A stretch of DNA of 64,000 bases from Octopus vulgaris. Its lineage: Eukaryota. The notes under the pieces were generated by a model. It saw only the letters and a program-made list of their open reading frames with translations, ran no database searches and had not been told where the DNA came from. The stretch's first letter is position 1, and the number at the start of each line of letters is the position of its first letter. Positions 53,064 through 64,000 of this stretch are shown here, in pieces. The position numbers were made by a program, and so were the translations under genes. The stretch covers positions 38,378,001 through 38,442,000 of the forward strand of contig OX597825.1 of assembly GCA_951406725.2 (NCBI GenBank), in the 5' to 3' direction.

Positions 53064-56000
53064 GATGCATACACATACACATATATTTTTCTGTATATAT
53101 GTCTACAATTCAATTAGTTCTTTACAACGAATTAGAATTGTAAGTTTTGCATTCCATCGTAAACAATTCAATCTTAAAATATCAGCTGCATCAGTATTAC
53201 GAAGTGAAATACCAGCAACACATCATATACAGCAACAATGACAACAAAAGAACATTTTAAAGAATATTATTTAAGCAGATGTTTAGAAACTGTATATGAA
53301 TATTGGATTAAGAAATGAAGTGAATAAATTGGAAAAAAAATGTAGTTGAATGAAAAGAGTTGCTTTGAAATAAGTAACTGAAATATTCCGGATATTAAAT
53401 TATATAAAAATAGAACAAACATTAAAATAATTTAATCTGAAACATTCACGTTTCATTAATAGCAGAAACAAATTAAAACTAATTTTAAGAAATAGCTCCA
53501 TCATATATAAAATTTCAATGCAATTAAAAAGTGATTATCATTTAGTTAACTAAAATAAATTTCAAAGCAATAATGATGATGATGTTTAATTTTTTGGTGG
53601 TTTATTATTGTGTTTATAATATGATGGTAATCATAATTATATTCCCCCTACATCCTGCTCCTCATTATCTTCACTGATATACATCAAACCGACTTCCTCT
53701 TCCACCATCTTCTTTTCCTCTTCATGAATTCAACAAATTGAGCTTCTAAGCTGTTGCTTGTGCTACGTGAAATAGCACTCCAGTGTTATTGGAATGAACT
53801 GAGCGTTCTTAAAAATAGAGAAATACCTTGTCTAATACAATCCCAGATATATGTAAAAATGTGAGGAATAAGATTGCAATGCATTTTTCAGATGTAAACT
53901 ATATAACAAGAATCAGCGTTAATATCTACATGATCACCGTCCATGTTGATATCTCCCTCACTGTGTGAAGCATGAACCTGTTTTTTAATGTTAGATACAA
54001 TCAAATATGTAGCTGTAGTAATGATGCTGCAAGTAACGGCCGTGATTCGATGGCGGTGAGGAAGAAGGCACGTTTCTGATTAAGAGAATTCGTTTTAGAG
54101 TTATTTACTGTGACGATATTAATATTGATGACGTCGCGATGATGACGTCAACGATGACACGAGCGACAAAAATAAGATAATGATGATGATGATGACGACG
54201 ATGAGGTCCATGACAATAATGCTGGTGATTGTTTTATCGGTGATGAGCAGGAGGAAGAAGTCTCCACTGATGAGAACGTAGAACAACAACACCGATGGTG
54301 GTAATGTGAAAGAATATGACCGTGATGATTTTTTTTATAATGATGTCAATGATGACAGATAAATGTAATTGAAGATAATGTGGCAAACTGTGTATCAGTG
54401 AAACATTATTTAATATGATTGTAATGTTGGAGAGAAATGTATATGAAACATAAAGATAAAACTAAGATGTAAATATATATTATTTTAAGACGGAAATGTC
54501 ATTTCATTTAAGAGCATTTGGGTTGTCTTTGAGAAGTTATAAGCACAAGTTAACTATGCCAATAAATACGTTATCGATTGCTCACAATATCCTAGGCATT
54601 CTAGTACACTAGTTGACTGATGTTTCATTGGCGAAGACGGATAAAATTAATGTATCTATGCCGCATTGTGAAAACAGAAATAACTAAAAATCTATAGATT
54701 CTCCTGTTTTCCATTTCAACATAAAAGACTATGATGTACGTTAATATGTTTGCATTTTGTTTAGAATTGTATGAGTACAATTTTGATACTTAATTTGGTT
54801 TACTGTACACAATTTTTTATTATTTATGAACTTAAGATTGCCGATCACTATGATATTCAATGTGTGTAATGGAATCCTAGATTGTTATGTATTTGCAAAT
54901 GCTTCTACATACGCCGCTCTTTTGTACGCCACTCGCTCTTTCCTTTTCGCAAAGTATTTTCTGTGGGTTACTTAATTGCTGAATACATGCTGATTAATCA
55001 CTTCATGTAACGCTCACTGTCAAAGGTATTCGAGCTATAGTGACAGCTTGGTTGATAATGTGTCGAAAATCATAGCGAATTTGGATATTTCTGCAGCAGC
55101 GATTTTTAGTTTTCAAAACATACATCTCTAAGAAATAGAGATAATATATCTTTAGATCAAATATATAAGATATATATGTACAAACATATAATAGAGATGA
55201 TGTATAATATTTTATTGTATTAATTTATCTGTCAACATTTATGCTTCTTCCGTTTTGGAGGTGGTTGATTTTCTATAGTAATTTACCACGTATATTCCTG
55301 TCACCCTACATACACAATATCTAGTGTCACAAAAGAGATGTGTTATTTTATCATTTCTTTTTCAAAGTAACCAATGGGGTATATGGCAGTGAACAAACTC
55401 ACGCGAATACACATGCCTCTGAGTAACTATTTAAACGTTTTCTTACCAAGTACAGCTTGTTAATGATATTGTACAAACATTTGCAACGTTTTCTAAGCAA
55501 GTCCAAGTGTAACTTAGAGACGCTATTATGCAAATACATGGACATTCTGTAAAATAATATAGGTCTAATTTATATTGACGTTTAATCGTGCAAGGGATAA
55601 CTATCTGTATAAATGTTCTATTACAATTTTAAACCAAATGTCTTTGGAGGATTCAATAAACATTAAAATATTGGCTGATTAAGCTTAGTACTTTAGTACA
55701 ATATGAACGTAAACATCTCTAACATTGTTAGTTCATCTATAAAATACTGTTTTTTTTAAAAATTTGCTTGTGTATTTACAGAAATTTTCGTCAATTTCGA
55801 ATTTGAATGGGCAATAAATATTTTACTATTCGTGCCAGCGATAATCTTGTCAGTTCAGCCTTGTATTTAGCACTCGTTAACCGAATAGTTAACTGTGATT
55901 TAATGCTTTACTCTATTGCGTGCAAAGAGGATATTTTCACTGTAAATAATTACAGAGATATTGAGAAAAAGTGAAAATGGAACCACATGCTGTCATTTGC

Positions 56001-56642
56001 ACAGTTATGCACTACGCAAAGATTTACAGCATCATGCATTACACAGACTTATGTCATCAAATTATCTGTATTCATTAAAATACAGTTAATCAGCATTTAA
56101 AATCGATTGTCTTAAAATGACTTTGTTATAGCTGAAATTGGAAATAACGTTAATTTAGTTGTAGCAAAGAATACAATATAGATGAACAAATGGTGCTAAA
56201 ATAAAGAATTCTAGAAATCTTTAGCCATTTCTCTGGAGAATCAAATTATGCATGTTTCTGCTTGAGTAGATTATCAGAGATAAGGATATGCTATAATTAA
56301 GAATATTTGCAAATATATCAACGCACATATAACAACAAACGCAGAAGAGGGGAACATCCCGGAATAAGAATCCCATACAGCAATTGAGACCGGGGCTAGT
56401 TGTCTTGTGTTAGAATTCAAAGCAACCAAAGAACCTAATGACGACGTTGAGTGTAACATTCATGAATTGCACCTGAGATCTAAGTCACAATTAAACATAC
56501 ACACACACATACACACACACACATATATATATATATACATACAAAAGTACATACACGTGCACGGATATAACCATATATATATATATAAATATGTATATGT
56601 TTGTATATATGTAGTATAAATATATATATATAAACACACACA

Positions 56643-56706
<64 letters not shown>

Positions 56707-57976
56707 AATATATATATACTGACAACGGTGGTTTACTCTATACAAGTATATTTTGAGAATAGGAGGAGGAGAGAAATCAGGTTTATTACTAATAATCATT
56801 ATTTCAAATGTAATGATCATTGTTAAGTAGTTCTATCTAACTAGAGATATACTATGATGTGGTAAATTGAGCGATACATAAAATGTGGATAGGCCATCTA
56901 TAGCTAAGCACCAAAAATAAAATGAAAATAAAACGATTGAGCACTTATGATATTACTATATATGTGTTTGAAAATTTCACGTAGAAGTTTGCAAGTTAAT
57001 AAAAAATGCGTATTGTCCATTTAATCGCATCCATTATGATACTGGCAGCATTTTTCTTAGTCCAGTCAAAATTTGAAAACATTGAGCGTAAAGGGGCGTA
57101 ACCCATTACCAGTTGAATGAAGTCTAGAGCATTATTGTTTCTTTTCAGTCGAAGCTGAACAAATGGAAAATAGGTAATATATGAAGGGGAGAATAATACA
57201 ATGATTTATAAACGTTATACGCTTGCTGGTTGGTATAGCTTTCAGAAACTTGTTTATCGACTAAGGCTATCAATATTTCCAAGAATTCCTGTTAACAGAG
57301 TAAGTAGATTTATTCTTTTGATCACAGTTAAATTCCAATGGCTAAGCTACGAAATGGAAATTTCAGTGCGATAAGAGTAACCTTACGATTGAATGCTCTA
57401 GTCGATTTCGTGAAGCATTTCTTTGAAAACGGAGAAAAAAAGCATATCGAGGGATATTTAATCATATCTGCTGTAACGAAGGTTTTGGTTTGAATCTCCC
57501 AAGTGCAGTGATAAGTCAGACAGAATTATGCTACGTGTAGTTACATGGTTCGAGTTAATAGTGCTATACTGAAAGGAATATATTATTTATGAAATGAATC
57601 AAAGGTTAGGAAATAAAACTATACATTTATATTCTTTGTTATAGGATATCAGCTAACATTGTTGATATATTGTTAGCTATTGCTCTGATGTTCTATTGGA
57701 TTACATTAAGTAGAGGTGCAGGACGTGTTCAGTAGTTAGCCCAAGTCAAATAATAGTTTTATTAATAATACAGAATGCTCATAATTCTACACACATGAAA
57801 CAGATTCATTACTCACCCAATTATTTTCACCCGCCAAATCAGTAAACGATCACAACCGATAAATTATTAATTCTGTATCCCTGCTACGATTTTAGTTACT
57901 ATATATGTGTGTGTGAGTATGTATGTCTCTCTCTATATACACACACATATGCATACATACATAATACATACATATA

Positions 57977-58007
<31 letters not shown>

Positions 58008-58199
58008 GTATGTATGTATATATGTCATATCGCTCGTTCGGATAGCGTGCCTTCGCCAGTAACGTACCTCCACTCAACTACCAAACTCTCACTTCCGATG
58101 ACTCGGCTCAATAGGACTTGACGTCTAGTCTACCGACGGCTGCGGCTCGCTATACTTGCCGTCTATTTTCTTCTTTCCTTTATTATAGGCATGCCTGAA

Positions 58200-58860
58200 C
58201 AAAGAGTAGACAGCACGAGGATAGACAACATAAAACAACAATAACATATAGGAGGTTATAAATCCACCACGGCTCTCAACCGGGTCTCATTGGGGAGCAC
58301 AAGCTCCGCTACTATTTTATACAACTCTAGTAGAGTTATATGAATCACAACTTCTAACCCATATCCCCATCTGTTTATCTCATTAAACTTCTCCACCTTA
58401 ATCACCTCCGCTTCCTTTTCACAGTTATAGAGGATGGCTGCCACTAGCCATACCGCATCTATTTCCGGGGGCACTCTCCCTATCCTAACTCTTCGGCTCG
58501 TTTTCCGCAGTAGGTTGGTTAGTAGTTGGCCCCGCTTCAATGGCTTCAATTTCTGCTACTTCCACATGTTTAGTTTCAGCATTCAACTTACGATAAACTA
58601 TAATTTTTTTCTCGGCTTTTTCTAAAGCGTCGACATGTGGCGTTAACCGGAGGCAGTCCATTAAACTTTAAAAAAATTTTATCTTTCAACATCACTTCTA
58701 GCAGTTGCAACATGTCGGCTGATAGCCTTTTGCCTGCTACTGAAGCGTAACAAAATTCCGACAATATAACAGTTTCAAAAATCTGAGGAACAATAACACA
58801 CCGCTCGCAACAACACTTGCGTCCAACCAGATCAACAACTCAACTCAAAAATTTACGTTA
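58200..58860 (-). mobile_element. Possible decayed LINE ORF1 (gag-like, upstream of a zinc knuckle)
   Basis: RVRIGRVPPEI...LVLPNETRLRAVVDL*PPICYCC resembles the RNA-binding region plus the PxxCxxC knuckle start of L1/Tx1-type ORF1. Confidence 0.4.
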
Positions 58861-58959
58861 CCCTTCACGACTAGCTATCACGTCGACTATCAATACGCAT
58901 TGGATTAGCCTACTTATCGTCTGGGGGCGTCCATACAACAATATATATTCTAAAATGTA

Positions 58960-59145
58960 ACTACATGTGGATTGTTGGCGATTTTCTTCCTCCGTATTCT
59001 TTCTTTTTGGGGGGACTTTTCTCTGACCACTGTTTCTAAAGAAGAGCTTTGCTCGAAACATAAGACCACCTGTCTTTCCGTCACTTAGCGTCTTATTGAT
59101 ACTTTGCATGCACCACGTCCTCGCGTTGTTGCGTTCTTTATTATT
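58960..59145 (+). mobile_element. Short hammerhead-bearing repeat (solo pLTR-like); decayed hammerhead at 59032-59066
   Basis: GTTT-CTAAAGA-A-GAGC(TTT)GCTC-GAAA-CATA-AGAC, then CCACGTCCTCGCGTTGTTG. Confidence 0.6.
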
Positions 59146-59239
59146 AATTATATATATGAATGTGTGTAGTTAGAGTGTGCATATATTTGTATATATGTGA
59201 GTGTGTGTATATATCTTGGAATTACATATATATATATAT

Positions 59240-59450
59240 AAAGTTAATCCAAACATGAAAACACAAAGAGAAAACACAACAACGCGAGGACGTGGAACAA
59301 ATATAGTATTATTGGATGCTCAGGAAGGAAGGAAAGAAGGAGGGTTTAACGTTCCGAGTGGAGCTCTTCGTCGGAAACATAGGAGAAGGAAAGATCCAGA
59401 GAAGGGAAGACAGAGGAAAACAATTGCCAACGGTACACACGCGGTCACAT
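59240..59450 (-). mobile_element. Second, inverted copy of a related hammerhead-bearing repeat; decayed hammerhead at 59344-59378
   Basis: Minus strand: GTTT-CCGACGA-A-GAGC(TCC)ACTC-GGAA-CGTT-AAAC. It shares the exact 19-mer CCACGTCCTCGCGTTGTTG with 59113-59131. Confidence 0.65.
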
Positions 59451-59924
59451 TTATATATACACGTATATGTATATATATGTATATATATATATATGTGTGT
59501 ATGCATGTATGTATATACGTATGTAGATAAATATTTGTATCTATAGAAACCTACTATGTATATGTACGAACGCGCTACTTTTATCTATTTCTCCGTATAT
59601 TAAGTAAAATTATGACCAGCTTTAATTGATTTTCGAACTATATTCGTTTCTCAGAAGATATGTCTACATCACGTGACCAATCCCAGATGAACAAGTACCC
59701 TATCTGTATAGACACAACAAATCTTGTACACGAACAATATGTTACAGCGAACGTAGTGAGGTTTAAGTTAAGAAGTATGCTGACGAGTAAAACTAATGTA
59801 ACCTGTGCTATTCCACCAATCTTCTTAAATGCTGTATAATACAATCCTCCTCCTCCCCCTCCTCACAATTATCATCATCATCACCATCGTCATCACAAGC
59901 ACCAACACCATCACCACCAGTATT

Positions 59925-60945
59925 CTTTTTTAGGTCACTCTTCTGGAGCCACCTCTATGATGATCCCTGGCTTTTAATTTGTTTGTTTCACGGTTGAACT
60001 GCCCATGTAATTCCTTACGCAGTAAGGTTATTTTCTCCCTCATTGGCTGGTTTTGATCGGTAGTCATGAGCACTCTCAAGTTCATTTTTGTTAACTCCTT
60101 CTGCACTAGCAGCATATTGTAGTACGGCTTGTTTGCTGTTTACCAAATATTTTGCCATATTTCTTCTTTCACCGTTGATGCACTCCCGTACGCTGATCAG
60201 CCTCGTCCACCCTTACCTGTCTTCATGTAGAGTTTCGTAAATTGGTCTTACTGTGGAGTGCACTATGCATTGCTATTGTCTTTCGGGTAGTGAGATCGAG
60301 TTGGTCAATTTCCGCTTGTATCAATCTCAGGTGGGTGCACTATATCGTACTACTGCAACAGTCCATATGTTGATGGCAGTCACAAGGTTCCTTCAGTTGA
60401 GCGTTGATTTCAAGAGAGATTTGGGGCGCTTGAAATATACAGTGATAGCATTGTCTTTCATTTCTCTGTGCAGGAAACCAAGGTACTTGTACCCATCATC
60501 ATCCGGGTCTTCCATTCTCTCTGCGTTTGGCAATTCTGTACCATCACAATTTACTCTTTTCCTCCGCTTCACAGTAAGCACCACACACTTCGAAATACCG
60601 TATTCCCTCCCTATATCCTTATTGAACATTTGCAATGTCTCAGCAAGACTCTCCATTTCAGGCTTTGTTTTTGCGAACAGTTTTAAATCATCGATGAAGA
60701 GAAGGTAGTTGAGACGATGTCCGTTCTTTCTCAGCTCATAGTGTACGTTGGACTAAAGTAAAGTGGGATCACGGCTATAACAAATAACAGAGGTAAACAA
60801 GTGTCTCCTTGAAGATACCTCTTCTGATTATTACCCCGGCTAAGTGCTGCTTGTTATAGGAAAGACTCGTTTTCCAACTAGGCATGCTGTTCTTAATCAG
60901 TGCACACACTTTCTCATCTATTGCACAGATGTCGAGTCTTTCCAT
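59925..60945 (-). mobile_element. Degenerate R4/Dong-like LINE RT fragment
   Basis: IRRGI.QGD..LPLLFVIA, LNYLLFIDDLKLFAK, FNKDIGREYGISKC, GYKYLG, KELHGQF and WLQKSDLK. Confidence 0.85.
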
Positions 60946-60953
60946 AAACTACT

Positions 60954-61282
<329 letters not shown>

Positions 61283-64000
61283 AATCCATTTAACTTGACT
61301 AATTTGCATGTGTCCGAATTAACACTAAGGCATTCAGTGTTCACTTGAACAAAAAATATCTGAAGATAGGGGAAAAATAGATTAGAAACTTTAAGAAAAA
61401 AGATATTTAGATATTATATTAAAAGTAAAAGTATATGCATAAAATCTCCTTAAGTTATGCATCGTATTGACAGAAAAGACGTAGTTGAGCGTAGACAGGT
61501 TTCCTCATAACCTTGATGCAAGAAGATATAAACAAGTGAAAACATACATTGTCAATACTAAGAAAATGTGTTAAAAATCCAAAAGTTTTTTTTTTTCACG
61601 AAAGACATAGTAATGTTAAATTTTTGATTAACTCAGCTATTCACAAAATGGGATGCGAAGAATAAATTGTTCCTAATAGTGACATAAGTTCAAACAATAC
61701 CTCTAACTATCCATTTATTATACATATACCATTTTGATCCTAACCAGCTGCATGAAAATAAGATGCTAAAATCTGTAAATTGATTTTTGCTTGTTTATGA
61801 ACGGGAGTAGCTTTCATATGCATTATAGATAACATTATGACAAGATGTTATTTTCGTTACAGGTCGGCTGAGTTGTTTCACTGAACACTGTTCAAGGCTT
61901 ACTAAAAAGTGAATATGCCTTCCTATGTCAAGATTTGGAAATTGAAATTTAAAAAAGGGACAGTAATCTTTATTTTCAGAGATTCAACTCGCATTACTAG
62001 AAATCTTGTCCTTAGATTTCATATAAGTGATATCTAAATGTAGTTATTCAAAGTACTTTTATAATCTGGATGCCATATTACCCAATGACAAAACCCAAAA
62101 AATAAATGTTTCCCATATCTGTTATTTCAAACTAATTTCATGTAAAAAAAAATAAACATAAGATTAGGATTTAGAAATAACAATATAGAAATATGTATTT
62201 CCTAAATATTATTTTATGAAACCTTTCTTTCTAATTCGTATATAATATTTAATTCATATCTAATGTCCGAGAAAAGTTTCAAGTAGGACTTTGAAATCGC
62301 ATTTGTCTACATATCTATACAATGAACTCATATTAAGTAGACACTTTATTCATAACTCTACTGACGTAAGTCGATTGAATGAATTCGTATTAAACATTGA
62401 TCACAATGTTTAAAACGAATGTTATATCGTGTCCCAAAACAAATAGTAAATCTCTCCAAAATGCAAAGTAGATATGACACTTGCTGCTGAAATAATTGAT
62501 CAGTGGATATTTGAAAGTAAATGGGATTTTGCTCATCGGAGTTTACACAGTTTGAATAGAACTAATCCCCGTATAGGCAGTAAAATACGACAAAATACGG
62601 GGCGGGGGCTCAATTCCAGAAGAGTCTTTTTCATATGTTCGGCAACTTTCTCAATGAATGGCCTGAAAAGGTTACAAAACTTATATCATCAAGAAAATAG
62701 ACTATATTAGAATTTAGAAAATAACAGGTGGGACAACATGTCTTTAAAGAGACGTAACTGAATATGTACTTACATAGTATGGTAGTAAACAAAGAATCAG
62801 TTTGTGTAGGTGATGCAATTCCTTATACGCTTTAAACTATTTCATTGGCTGACCTATGCACAAATAGATTGTATGTCTATAGTATACAATGACCTAAAAG
62901 TCGCTGAATTTTGATGTCGCTGAATTTAAAAAGCATTGCTGAAAACTCTCTTATAATGTCTTTAATCATCCATATTGTTAACATTGCAGTATCAAATTTA
63001 CATATGCAGGCATTGATTCTCTTAGAGATACACATTCATAACGTTGACGTATTTTTTTTCATTTAAACTGTAACTTAAATAAACATGGAGAATTGAATGA
63101 TATTTATCGGCATTCATATATTTTCTAATAACATTAAGAAAATAAAAAGGTGACCTGATTTCTAATGTACAATCATATTTCATGGTCGAATTTTGACATA
63201 AAATGTCTGCATCTTCATTGCTTAGTTCATGGAAGTATTACAATGCTGGTTTCGTCTATTTGTACCAGTGATATGCCATTGTATTTCTATTATTATGAAT
63301 TTTATAGATGAGTGCATTGAAGTGTATTTACTCGTTAATCGAAAATGTATAAATTAGTTGTCTCCTAAGGAAACCTTCCTGTAACACTCCCTCACTAGAC
63401 AACGTATTTAGCAAGAACAGGATTGTAAAATAAAAAATAAAAGTAAAAAAATAATGACAAACAACAGTAGATACTAGTCATATAAGTGATGAAAAGAGCA
63501 AAACGAGTTTTCTGGAAGGGAATCCTACAAGATTAGATAAAAATTCTTTAATATGTCCGGGCTTGTGAAGAACTCATCGAAGAAAAGCACTAATTAAGTT
63601 GATTTAAATTGAGGGCAATATATTTATTTCGTTATACACATTTAATTTCTATATAAAGTAGTTTTAAATTTTAATGGAATTAATGATAAACGTGTTCCTC
63701 AATTTCCCTAAAAGTGTCATCTATCTCAGTTTTAGTAGATTAACTACCTCTCAATGCTACTGCATTTAGAATTACAGGTACTTAACAGAGGAAGCATATA
63801 TATAGCCATCGCTTTTTTCACGAAACACTTCAGACAATCGTGCAGTTCATTATAATTTACTGTGGCAAATTGAATAAACTGAATATCAACGAGCATTTCA
63901 TGAAATATATACACGTATATGACTGAGTGTGCGTTTGTGTGACTATGTTTTTGTGCGTGTATGTAAGTGAAGGAAAATGAAGATATACTATATAATGCAA

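Noticed and set aside
54060-54360. Acidic-looking D/E-rich stretch as a possible exon
   Set aside because: Decayed (GAT)n repeat with stops and no long frame.

Overview
AT-rich, microsatellite-dense eukaryotic (animal) DNA with no recognisable intact host gene. The SINE and repeat landscape looks cephalopod (octopus-like), which is an inference. The window is dominated by retroelements. The centrepiece (about 4929-12625) is a very young Penelope-like element (PLE; RT plus GIY-YIG endonuclease, Neptune-type Cys linker) inserted in a (TA)n tract. It consists of a 5'-truncated inverted copy, a pseudo-LTR and a full-length unit. Unusually, it has two ORFs: a 451-aa coiled-coil/low-complexity ORF1 overlaps the RT-EN ORF in the -1 frame. 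An in-phase U_UUU_UUA slippery heptamer lies in the overlap, and no ATG precedes the conserved RT N-terminus. Each pLTR/3' end carries a minimal type I hammerhead ribozyme with a compensatory U3:A8 core variant and a palindromic stem III. The window also holds three older PLE relics and about seven further hammerhead-like motifs from other families, some in inverted pairs. Other content: R4/Dong-like and CR1-like LINE relics, many tRNA-derived SINEs, a mariner relic and a possible decayed GPCR. Most short ORFs in the supplied track are microsatellite artefacts or antisense shadows.
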